Below, in pieces: positions 9,790-17,265 of a stretch of DNA of 64,000 bases. Numbering within the stretch: the stretch's first letter is position 1; every line of letters begins with the position of its first letter. The stretch lies in contig CAWAXB010000006.1 of assembly GCA_963785895.1 (NCBI GenBank), positions 24,062 to 88,061 on the forward strand, written 5' to 3'. The DNA is from an uncultured Actinomycetes bacterium. GTDB taxonomy: Bacteria; Actinomycetota; Thermoleophilia; Gaiellales; Gaiellaceae. The notes beneath the pieces are model-generated. The model was given only the letters and a program-made list of their open reading frames with translations, was not told the origin of the DNA and did not search any database. The translations under genes were made by a program, and so were the position numbers.

Positions 9790-10239
9790 TCAAGTCGTCA
9801 GAAGCGCGAGGATGCGCGCCGCGAGCACGGCGGCGTTCTTCGCGTTGTCGACGCCGACCGTCGCGACCGGCACGCCGGGCGGCATCTGGACGATCGAGAG
9901 CAACGCGTCCAGCCCGTCGAGCACCGACATCGACGAGCGGAGCGGCACGCCGATCACCGGCAGCTCCGTGTGTGCGGCCACGACGCCGGGGAGCGCGGCG
10001 GCGAGCCCCGCGCCGCAGATCAGGACCTTGAGGCCGCGCCCGGCCGCGGACTTCGCATACTCGGCGACCGCATCGGGATTGCGGTGCGCCGAGCGCACCT
10101 CGAACTCCCAAGCGATGCCGCGCGCGTCGAGTTCGTCGAGCGCAGCCTGCATGCGCGGGCGGTCGGACTCGGAGCCGACCAGGATCCCGACGGCGTTAGA
10201 CACCGGCGACCTGGCTGGCTGCCGCTGCGGCGATGTCAC
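9790..10239 (-). CDS. purE: 5-(carboxyamino)imidazole ribonucleotide mutase
   Basis: VGILVGSESDRPRMQ...SAHRNPD...VLICGAGLAAALPGVVAAHTELPVIGVP. The true start may be the GTG near 10203, overlapping the purD stop. Confidence 0.88.
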   Translation of the reverse strand: MTSPQRQPARSPVSNAVGILVGSESDRPRMQAALDELDARGIAWEFEVRSAHRNPDAVAEYAKSAAGRGLKVLICGAGLAAALPGVVAAHTELPVIGVPLRSSMSVLDGLDALLSIVQMPPGVPVATVGVDNAKNAAVLAARILALLTT

Positions 10240-11419
10240 GGCGGTACTGGGCGCCGTCGAAGTGCACGAGCTCGACGGCTGCGTACGCCCGGTCGCGTGC
10301 GTCGGCCACGGTTGTGCCGGTTGCGGTCACGGAGAGGATTCTGCCGCCATTCGCGATCACTCTGCCGTCGCGAACCGCCGTCCCGCCGTGGAAGACGAGC
10401 GCTCCTGCTGCTTCGGCCTGCTCGACGCCGTCTATGGCGGAGCCCGAGTAGTCACTCCGGGCCGGATAGTCGGGGGCGGCGAGCACGACGGTGACGGCAG
10501 GCTCGCCTGCCGTCCCGATCGAGACGCCCGAGAGGTCGCCGGAGGCCGCGGCCGCCAGAGCCGACAGCAGGTCGCCCTCGATGCGCGGCATCAGCACCTG
10601 CGTCTCCGGGTCGCCGAAGCGCGCGTTGAACTCGAGCACCTTGGGGCCGTCCGCCGTGAGCATCAAGCCTGCGAAGAGGCAGCCCTGGAACGGTGAGCCG
10701 CGCCGCGCGAGCTCCTCGATCACCGGCCGGTGCACCTGGTCGACGAGCTGCTCGAGGTCGCCGAGCACGGACACGGGCGAGTACGCACCCATCCCTCCGG
10801 TGTTCGGGCCGACGTTCCCGTCGCCGATCCGCTTGAAGTCCTGCGCGGCGCCGAGCGCAATCACTGTCCGCCCGTCCGAGAGTGCGAAGACGGAGGCCTC
10901 GTCGCCTTCGAGCAGCTCCTCGATCGTGAAGTCGCCGCCCAGCTCCGTCATCGCGGCGAGCGCCGTCTCCACCTCCTCCGGAGTTCGGCAGACGAAGACG
11001 CCCTTCCCGGACGCGAGGCCGTCGGCCTTCACCACGCACGGTGGCCGCGCCACCGGGAGGGTCGCTGCGGTGGGAACACCGGCAGCGTGCAGCACGTCCT
11101 TGGCGAACGTCTTCGAGCCTTCGATCCGCGCGGCTTCGGCGCCCGGCCCGAACACGGGGATACCGTTTCGCCGCAGCTCGTCCGCGACGCCGGCAACGAG
11201 CGGCCCCTCCGGGCCGATCACGACGAGATCGGCTTCGATCGTCAGCGCGAGGCTGAGCAGTCCTTCGCCGTCGTCGGCCCGCACCGGATGGCACCGGCCG
11301 AGGGCGGCGATGCCCGGGTTGCCAGGTGCCGCATGGAGATCTGTCAGGACAGGGCTCTGCGAGAGGCGCCACGCGAGCGCGTGTTCGCGCGCTCCCGAGC
11401 CGACGATCAGCACTTTCAC
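10196..11419 (-). CDS. purD: phosphoribosylamine--glycine ligase
   Basis: Intact 407 aa: MKVLIVGSGAREHALAWRL...VVKADGLASGKGV...GPNTGGMGAYSP...EFNARFGDPE. Confidence 0.92.
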   Translation of the reverse strand: MKVLIVGSGAREHALAWRLSQSPVLTDLHAAPGNPGIAALGRCHPVRADDGEGLLSLALTIEADLVVIGPEGPLVAGVADELRRNGIPVFGPGAEAARIEGSKTFAKDVLHAAGVPTAATLPVARPPCVVKADGLASGKGVFVCRTPEEVETALAAMTELGGDFTIEELLEGDEASVFALSDGRTVIALGAAQDFKRIGDGNVGPNTGGMGAYSPVSVLGDLEQLVDQVHRPVIEELARRGSPFQGCLFAGLMLTADGPKVLEFNARFGDPETQVLMPRIEGDLLSALAAAASGDLSGVSIGTAGEPAVTVVLAAPDYPARSDYSGSAIDGVEQAEAAGALVFHGGTAVRDGRVIANGGRILSVTATGTTVADARDRAYAAVELVHFDGAQYRRDIAAAAASQVAGV

Positions 11420-11428
11420 GCGGCGAGT

Positions 11429-11638
11429 CTACTCGGCCGTGCCGTCGACTTTGCCTTCAGCATCGTCTTCCTCAGCACGGCGCTGCTCGTCGTATCGGCG
11501 CCAGCGCTGCTCGTCGGGATCGTCCTTGGCGCCGCGCAGGATGAACCAGGTGAGCCAGAGGGCGATCACGACCGGGACGAAGATCGAGAGGCCGACGATT
11601 ATCTCGGTCCAGGTGCTCGCGGTGTACGCGAGCGTCAC
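11429..11638 (-). CDS. small single-TM protein with charged C-terminal tail, embedded between purA and purD
   Basis: VTLAYTASTWTEIIVGLSIFVPVVIALWLTWFILRGAKDDPDEQRWRRYDEQRRAEEDDAEGKVDGTAE. The GTG overlaps the purA stop and the ORF stops 9 nt before purD. Confidence 0.5.
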   Translation of the reverse strand: MTLAYTASTWTEIIVGLSIFVPVVIALWLTWFILRGAKDDPDEQRWRRYDEQRRAEEDDAEGKVDGTAE

Positions 11639-12903
11639 GCGAGCACACGTTCGCGCGCCGCGCCGACCCCAACCAGCTCGATCGGGGTCTCGAGCGATCG
11701 CGACACGAACTCGACGTATGCGCGCGCCGGGTCCGGGAGGTCGTCGAGCACCGAGACGCCGTCGAGTGTCTGCTGCCAGCCGGATAGCGTCTCCCAGACG
11801 GGCGTCGCATGGTGGAAGTCCGACTGATGCGCCGGAAAGTGCTCGGTCTCGCTGCCGTCGGGCAGCCGGTAGCGAACGCACACGGGCAGTTCGGCGAACT
11901 CCGACAGCACATCGAGCTTGGTCAGCGCCAGCGAGGTGATCCCGTTCACGCGTACCGCGTAGCGCAGCGCGACCAGGTCGAGCCAGCCGCAGCGGCGCTC
12001 GCGACCTGTGACGGTGCCGAACTCGCCGCCGAGTTCGCGAAGTTGCGCCTGCTCGGGCCCCTCGATCTCCGACGGGAATGGCCCTTCGCCGACGCGTGTC
12101 ACGTAGGCCTTCGACACGCCGAGCACCCGGTCGATCCTCGTCGGCCCGATGCCGATTCCGGTCGCCGCGCCGGAGGCGATCGGATTCGACGACGTCACGA
12201 ACGGATACGTGCCGTGGTCGAGATCGAGCATCGTCGCCTGCGCCCCTTCGAACAAGACGTTCTGCCCGGCGCGGAGGGACTGGTCGACGAGCAGCGACAC
12301 GTCGCCGACCGACGGTGCGAGCCGCTCGGCGAAGCCGGCGTATTGCGCCCAGACCTCCTCGAGATCGAACGGCTCGACCTCGTAGATCCGCTCGAGCCAG
12401 AGGTTCTTCTCGGCGAGCGCGACCTCGATCTTCTGGCGCAGGATCTTCGGGTCGAGCACGTCCTGCACGCGGATTCCGATCCGCGACGCCTTGTCGGCGT
12501 AGGTCGGGCCGATCCCTCGACGGGTCGTGCCGATCTGAAGGCTGCCGAGCCGCCGCTCCGACGCCTGGTCGATCGTCACGTGCCACGGCATGATCAGATG
12601 CGCGTTGCCGGACAGGGTGACGATCGAGGGGTCGATTCCGCGCTCTTGCAGCAGGTCGAGCTCGTCGACGAACACCTGCGCGTCGACGACGCAGCCGGCG
12701 CCGATCACGGACGGGGTCCCCGAGACCACGCCGCTGGGCATCTGGCGGAGCTTCCAGGTCTCGCCGTCGACGACGATCGTGTGCCCGGCATTGGGGCCGC
12801 CCTGGTAGCGGCACACGATGTCTGACTGCTGGGCGAGCAGGTCGACGATCTTCCCCTTGCCCTCGTCTCCCCACTGCGCCCCGACGATCACGGTCGATGG
12901 CAC
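11635..12903 (-). CDS. purA: adenylosuccinate synthase
   Basis: VIVGAQWGDEGKGKIVD...YQGGPNAGHT...GTTRRGIGPTYADK...TKLDVL. GTG start at 12903. Confidence 0.92.
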   Translation of the reverse strand: MPSTVIVGAQWGDEGKGKIVDLLAQQSDIVCRYQGGPNAGHTIVVDGETWKLRQMPSGVVSGTPSVIGAGCVVDAQVFVDELDLLQERGIDPSIVTLSGNAHLIMPWHVTIDQASERRLGSLQIGTTRRGIGPTYADKASRIGIRVQDVLDPKILRQKIEVALAEKNLWLERIYEVEPFDLEEVWAQYAGFAERLAPSVGDVSLLVDQSLRAGQNVLFEGAQATMLDLDHGTYPFVTSSNPIASGAATGIGIGPTRIDRVLGVSKAYVTRVGEGPFPSEIEGPEQAQLRELGGEFGTVTGRERRCGWLDLVALRYAVRVNGITSLALTKLDVLSEFAELPVCVRYRLPDGSETEHFPAHQSDFHHATPVWETLSGWQQTLDGVSVLDDLPDPARAYVEFVSRSLETPIELVGVGAARERVLA

Positions 12904-12929
12904 GGGGGGCAGTCTAGTGGGTGGCTCCT

Positions 12930-13142
12930 TCAGACAGCCGCGAGGTGCCGCGCGACGCGGCGCACGACGATGCGGTGACCGCGCGGGCAGGTCATGAAGC
13001 CGACGTCCGCGTCGCGGCGGAGCGTGCCGTGAACGACGAGCGAATCGGCGGCGAACGATTCGCGCAGCGACAGGCATGCCTCGCACGGTTCATCGAAGGT
13101 CGTCGCCTCCGGCCCGAGCCAGACATGCTGCCGCTGGATCAT
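12930..13142 (-). CDS. small CxxC...CxxGH zinc-ribbon-like protein (paralog 2)
   Basis: MIQRQHVWLGPEATTFDEPCEACLSLRESFAADSLVVHGTLRRDADVGFMTCPRGHRIVVRRVARHLAAV. The ATG overlaps the stop of paralog 1 (ATGA). Confidence 0.55.
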   Translation of the reverse strand: MIQRQHVWLGPEATTFDEPCEACLSLRESFAADSLVVHGTLRRDADVGFMTCPRGHRIVVRRVARHLAAV

Positions 13143-13393
13143 GCGATCTGCAGCTGGCGCTCGTCGGGACGGGTGAGTGCGGGCGGGCGCTCGATACGCC
13201 TGAGCACGATCTCGTGCCCCGCCGCGCAACGGACGTGCGAGCTCTCGGTGTCGATCGGGATCGAGCCGCGCACCGCGGCTCCGGCGAGTGCGTCCGCGAA
13301 GAGCGCGCCCGAGACTCGCGCAGCCTCCAGGCACGGCTCGCAGAGGCAGGAGAAGACCGTCGCCGACGGAGTCAGCCAGACGACCGTCCTCAC
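13139..13393 (-). CDS. small CxxC...CxxGH zinc-ribbon-like protein (paralog 1)
   Basis: VRTVVWLTPSATVFSCLCEPCLEAARVSG...SSHVRCAAGHEIVLRRIERP. The GTG overlaps the dnaB stop (GTGA). It shares VWL-P-AT-F---CE-CL and C--GH-IV-RR with paralog 2. Confidence 0.55.
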   Translation of the reverse strand: MRTVVWLTPSATVFSCLCEPCLEAARVSGALFADALAGAAVRGSIPIDTESSHVRCAAGHEIVLRRIERPPALTRPDERQLQIA

Positions 13394-14745
13394 GAGCCGG
13401 CCGCCAGGTCGGCGAACTTCGCGTACCGCTTCTGGAAGGCGAGCTTCTCGATCCCCGTTGCGCCGTTTCTGTGCTTGGCAAGCACCAGCTCGGCGATTCC
13501 CGCCGACTCGGTGTCCTCCGGGTTGTAGTACTCGTCGCGGTAGACGAACATCACGAGGTCCGCGTCCTGCTCGATCGAACCACTTTCACGAAGGTCGGAG
13601 AGGATGGGCCGCTTGTCGTGGCGCTGCTCGACCGCGCGTGAGAGCTGCGAGAGGGCGACGATCGGCACCTCGAGGTCGCGGGCGAGCACCTTCAGCGAGC
13701 GTGAGATCTGCGACACCTCCTGGACGCGGTTCTCGACCGAGGTACCGCTCGTCATCAGCTGCAGGTAGTCGACGATCACGAGGCCGAGGTCGGGCGCCTT
13801 CATCTTGAGGCGCCGTAGCTTCGACCGGATCTCCATCATCGTGATCGAGCCGGTGTCGTCGACGTAGATCGGCGCCTTCGCGAGCTTGTCGCAGGCGGCC
13901 GTGAGTCGCGGCCAGTCGTCGACGGCGAGCTTGCCGGTGCGCAGCCGTTGCGACTCGACCTTGCCCTCCGCGCACATCAGGCGCTGCGTCACCTCGGCCT
14001 TGGACATCTCGAGGGTGAACAGCGCGACAGGCGTTTCGTGGCGGACGGCGACATTCGCCGCCATGCAGAGGGCGAGCGCCGACTTTCCCATCGACGGGCG
14101 GGCCGCGATGATGATCAGGTTGCCGCCCTGGAAGCCGGAGGTCAGGCGGTCGAGGTCGCGGAAGCCGGATGGTGTGCCGGTGATGTCGCTGCCGGCTTCG
14201 TAGAGCTTGGTGATCGTCTCGAACGATTCCTTGAGCAGGTCGTCGATGTGCGCGAACTGAGTTGTGACCCGCTGCTGGCTGAGGGCGAAGATGGCGCTCT
14301 CGGCGCGGTCGATCAGCTCGACCACCTCGCCGGGCCGGTCGAAGCCGAGCTGGGCGATCTCCTGGCCGGCGCGGATCAGGCCGCGCAGGGTCGCCATATC
14401 GCGGACGATGCGCGCGTAGTGCGCGACGTTCGACGCGGCCGGGACGAGCGCCGCCAGTTCCTGGATCTTCTCCTGGCCTCCGATTGCCTCGAGCTGCTGC
14501 AGCTTGTCGAGCTCGTCCGCCAGGGTGATCGCGTCGACCGGGTCGCCCTTGGTGTAGAGCCCGACGGCGGCCCGGTAGATCATGCCGTGCGTCTCCCGGT
14601 AGAAGTCGCTCGCGTCGAGGATCTCCGCGACGGCCCCGATCGCCCCCGGGGAGAGCATCATCGCGCCGAGGACCGACTCCTCTGCATCGAGGTTCTGTGG
14701 CGGCAGGGGAGCGGTGCGGACGGGTGCTTCGGTCTGTGCGCTCAT
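13390..14745 (-). CDS. dnaB: replicative DNA helicase DnaB
   Basis: PPQNLDAEESVLGAMML...GFRDLDRLTSGFQGGNLIIIAARPSMGKSALAL...VIVDYLQLM...SQLSRAVEQR...DLRESGSIEQDADLVMFVYRDEYY. ATG at 14745. No intein. Confidence 0.93.
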   Translation of the reverse strand: MSAQTEAPVRTAPLPPQNLDAEESVLGAMMLSPGAIGAVAEILDASDFYRETHGMIYRAAVGLYTKGDPVDAITLADELDKLQQLEAIGGQEKIQELAALVPAASNVAHYARIVRDMATLRGLIRAGQEIAQLGFDRPGEVVELIDRAESAIFALSQQRVTTQFAHIDDLLKESFETITKLYEAGSDITGTPSGFRDLDRLTSGFQGGNLIIIAARPSMGKSALALCMAANVAVRHETPVALFTLEMSKAEVTQRLMCAEGKVESQRLRTGKLAVDDWPRLTAACDKLAKAPIYVDDTGSITMMEIRSKLRRLKMKAPDLGLVIVDYLQLMTSGTSVENRVQEVSQISRSLKVLARDLEVPIVALSQLSRAVEQRHDKRPILSDLRESGSIEQDADLVMFVYRDEYYNPEDTESAGIAELVLAKHRNGATGIEKLAFQKRYAKFADLAAGS

Positions 14746-14794
14746 CCGATCGCCATCCAATCGCGAGTCCGGCGCGGGCGCCAGTGGCCGTGCG

Positions 14795-14969
14795 TGTGGA
14801 CAACCCGGGGCGTTCGGGCCTGCCCGATGCGGCTTTCCACAGGTTCGGGGCCTTCTCCACGGCGTCTTCCACACTGGGCGAACATACGTTCGTCCAGTCT
14901 TCCACAGCTCCCGGCTGTTGTCCACGCGTGGACGGGGAGTGTCCACAGGAGGGAGGGCTTTTGTCCACA
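14795..14969. promoter_or_regulatory. cluster of nine DnaA-box-like 9-mers upstream of dnaB
   Basis: TGTGGACAA 14795-14803 (reverse orientation, 9/9 to TTGTCCACA), CTTTCCACA 14833-14841, TTCTCCACG 14853-14861, TCTTCCACA 14865-14873 and 14898-14906. TTGTCCACG 14918-14926 has an inverted partner within the palindrome GTCCACGCGTGGAC 14920-14933. GTGTCCACA 14939-14947 and TTGTCCACA 14961-14969 (9/9). Confidence 0.7.
14879..14892. promoter_or_regulatory. LexA (Cheo-type) SOS box upstream of dnaB
   Basis: CGAACATACGTTCG fits CGAAC-N4-GTTCG perfectly. With flanks, GCGAACATACGTTCGTC differs at one spacer base from the lexA operator GCGAACACACGTTCGTC at 37931-37947. Confidence 0.7.
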
Positions 14970-15022
14970 GCTGCCGCTGGCTGAAGAATCGGCCGCAGTT
15001 TGCGGGATGATTCGTCGCGCCG

Positions 15023-15316
15023 TCAGGGCAGTTGGTCGAGCTCCCGCTCGAGCCTTTCGCATCGTTCTTCGAGTCGCGCGGCGAGCAGGGCGAGCGCGCG
15101 GACCGCGCCTCCCTCGCCGAGCTGTGCCAGCTCGGGCCCGGTCGGCGCGGTCAGCAGGTCGAGGAAGTCCCGGGCCGCCTTCGACTCGTCGGCGAAGGTC
15201 AACCCGATCCCGAGGCAGCGCGGGCAGCGCTCGACGGCAGGCCCGCGGTCGTACTGGAGGACGCCGGCCCCATGGCATCCGCCACAGATCGAGATCCGGC
15301 TCATGCGGTCGAGCAT
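15023..15316 (-). CDS. small protein with DnaJ-type CxxCxGxG x2 zinc finger and C-terminal coiled-coil-like tail
   Basis: MSRISICGGCHGAGVLQYDRGPAVERCPRCLGIGLTF...LLAARLEERCERLERELDQLP. It occupies the rplI-dnaB slot. An alternative ATG lies at 15304. Confidence 0.55.
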   Translation of the reverse strand: MLDRMSRISICGGCHGAGVLQYDRGPAVERCPRCLGIGLTFADESKAARDFLDLLTAPTGPELAQLGEGGAVRALALLAARLEERCERLERELDQLP

Positions 15317-15334
15317 AGTGCGAGCCGTAGCCCG

Positions 15335-15976
15335 CTACTCGGTCGGGAGGTCGTCCTCCACGTGCTCGGCCGGCTCCGCCTCGACTTCGACCAGCTCTGC
15401 TTCGACCAGCTCTGCCTCGACCAGTTCCGCGGCGGTTCCCTGCACCTCGGCGGCTTCCCGTCCTTCGGCTTCCGTGGCCTCGACCTCGGCGGCCTCGAGC
15501 GCGGCGAGCTCCTCCTCGGGTGGCAACTCCTCGCCTTCGGGGGCGACGACGAGCTTGAGCTGGGCGGTCACGTCGGCGAACAGCTCGACGGGCACGGTGT
15601 AGCGGCCGATCCGCTTGACCGTGTCCATCTGCACCTTGCGGCGGTCGACCCGCACCTTCTCCTGCTCCCAGAGCCGGTCGGCCAGGTTCGTCGCGGTGAC
15701 CGAGCCGAACAGCGAGCCCGTGGGGCCGGCCGTGACGTCGAAACGCAGCTCGAGCGCCTCGAGACGGTTCGCGATCGCACGCGCCTCGTCGACGGTCTTC
15801 GCCTCGTGGCGTGCCCGCAGCGCGTCGCGCTTCTCGATCTCGCGCACGATCGCCGGTGAAGCGACCTCAGCCAGCCCGCGCGGCAGCAGGAAGTTGCGCG
15901 CGTAGCCACGGGCGACGTTGACGACCTCGCCACGCAGGCCGAGCGTGTCGACGTCCTGCTTGAGAACGACGTCCAT
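15335..15976 (-). CDS. rplI: 50S ribosomal protein L9 with about 65-aa acidic repeat-containing C-terminal extension
   Basis: MDVVLKQDVDTLGLRGEVVNVARGYARNFLLPRGLA..., then EELPPEEELAALEAAEVEATEAEGREAAEVQGTAAELVEAELVEAELVEVEAEPAEHVEDDLPTE. Confidence 0.9.
   Translation of the reverse strand: MDVVLKQDVDTLGLRGEVVNVARGYARNFLLPRGLAEVASPAIVREIEKRDALRARHEAKTVDEARAIANRLEALELRFDVTAGPTGSLFGSVTATNLADRLWEQEKVRVDRRKVQMDTVKRIGRYTVPVELFADVTAQLKLVVAPEGEELPPEEELAALEAAEVEATEAEGREAAEVQGTAAELVEAELVEAELVEVEAEPAEHVEDDLPTE
15385..15429. repeat. 15-bp tandem repeat x3 inside the rplI 3' region (encodes AELVE repeats)
   Basis: CTTCGACCAGCTCTG at 15385-15399 and 15400-15414 (identical), followed by the degenerate copy CCTCGACCAGTTCCG at 15415-15429. 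Confidence 0.8.
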
Positions 15977-15981
15977 GGCTC

Positions 15982-16263
15982 CTACTTCTCGCCGACGTAG
16001 GGGAGGAGGGCGAGCTCGCGTGCGCGCTTCACGGCGACGGCCACCTGGCGCTGATGGCGCCGGCAGGCTCCGCTGATCCGGCGGTTGCGGATCTTGCCCT
16101 TCTCCGACACGTAACGCCGGAGCTCGTTGATGTTCTTGTAGTCGACCTCGTCGACCTTCGACTTGCAGAAGAAGCAGGACTTGCGGCGGCCGGGCCCGGT
16201 GGGGGCGTTGCGCTTGCCCCTGCTCGAGCTGCGGTCACGATCGGAATTCTTCGGTGCAGGCAA
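15982..16263 (-). CDS. rpsR: 30S ribosomal protein S18
   Basis: [67 protein letters not shown] start at 16263 is preceded by AAGGAGAG, which overlaps the ssb stop. Confidence 0.88.
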   Translation of the reverse strand: MPAPKNSDRDRSSSRGKRNAPTGPGRRKSCFFCKSKVDEVDYKNINELRRYVSEKGKIRNRRISGACRRHQRQVAVAVKRARELALLPYVGEK

Positions 16264-16273
16264 TTCTCTCTCC

Positions 16274-16708
16274 TTAGAACGGGATGTCGTCGTCGGAGCC
16301 CTGGAAGTCGGCATCCGAGCCACTCGTGGCGCTTGCGGGCACGAACTGGTTGGCGCCGCCGCCTTCGCTGTCGCCGCGGCTGTCGAGGAACTGAACGGAC
16401 TGGGCGACGATCTCGACCTTCGAGCGCTTCGAGCCGTCCTGGGCCTCCCATGACGACCAGTCGAGGCGGCCGTCGACGCCGATTCGGCGTCCCTTGGCGA
16501 GGTGGTTCATCAGCATCTCGGCCTGGCCGCCAAAGACCTTGACGTCGAAGAAGTTCGGCTTGTCGCTCCAGTTGCCGGCAGCGTCCTTCATCCGGCCGTT
16601 GACGGCGACGCCCAGCTGCAGCACGGACGTCCCGGACGGCAGCGAGCGCAGCTCCGGGTCACGTGTGAGACGCCCGACGATCGTTACGCGATTGATGTCA
16701 CCAGCCAT
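16274..16708 (-). CDS. ssb: single-stranded DNA-binding protein
   Basis: [21 protein letters not shown]...[12 protein letters not shown]..., Gly-rich linker and acidic tip DDDIPF. Confidence 0.92.
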   Translation of the reverse strand: MAGDINRVTIVGRLTRDPELRSLPSGTSVLQLGVAVNGRMKDAAGNWSDKPNFFDVKVFGGQAEMLMNHLAKGRRIGVDGRLDWSSWEAQDGSKRSKVEIVAQSVQFLDSRGDSEGGGANQFVPASATSGSDADFQGSDDDIPF

Positions 16709-16741
16709 GGAATGTGCTCCTTTGCTCCGGGTCGCCCCAGG

Positions 16742-17125
16742 CTACTCCGCAGCTTCGCCGCTGTCATCGGAGGGATCGGACGCGCCCGCGCCGGTCGTGG
16801 CCGCAGGGGCCGGCGCCGGAGCCTTCGTGTGGCCGACGCCCTTGACGCGGCGGTACGCGCCGTGGCGCATCACACCGTCGGTGATCTTGAGCACGCGCGT
16901 GATCTCGGCCAGCGTCTCCGCCGGGGCCGTGAACAGGACGAGGTGGTAGACCGCCTCACCCTTGTGGTCGATCTCGTAGGCGAGGCGGCGCCGGCCCCAC
17001 GGCTCATGGCCGTCCCAGGAGCCTTGCGCGCCCTCGACCGAGTCGCGGATGCGCTGGATGATGTCGTCCCCACGCTCTTCAGCGACCTCGGGGTCCAGCA
17101 ACAGCATGATTTCGTAGTCGTTCAC
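16742..17125 (-). CDS. rpsF: 30S ribosomal protein S6
   Basis: MNDYEIMLLLDPEVAEE...WGRRRLAYEIDHKGEAVYHLVLF. SD GAAGGAGG lies upstream. Confidence 0.9.
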   Translation of the reverse strand: MNDYEIMLLLDPEVAEERGDDIIQRIRDSVEGAQGSWDGHEPWGRRRLAYEIDHKGEAVYHLVLFTAPAETLAEITRVLKITDGVMRHGAYRRVKGVGHTKAPAPAPAATTGAGASDPSDDSGEAAE

Positions 17126-17265
17126 AGGCCCGAATCCTCCTTCTCATGGACTGAATCGGCCCCGCCTCCTGAGCACCGCTTCGGGATGCGGCGCGACGGG
17201 CGTGGCGAGAAGCGGCGGCAGTGTAGCATCGCCGCCGTGGCGGGTTTGAGGAACGTGGTGGCTCG

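Noticed and set aside
14795-14969. Calling the DnaA-box array the chromosomal replication origin (oriC)
   Set aside because: No dnaA or dnaN gene is nearby and no clear AT-rich unwinding element is present. The highly expressed rpsF-ssb-rpsR-rplI genes immediately to the right would be head-on to a rightward fork. GC skew cannot be computed here. The region is kept as a DnaA-binding regulatory or titration candidate instead.
15385-15429. Tandem 15-bp repeats as a possible CRISPR or VNTR locus
   Set aside because: There are only three contiguous copies without spacers, lying in frame inside rplI and encoding AELVE repeats. It is not a CRISPR array.
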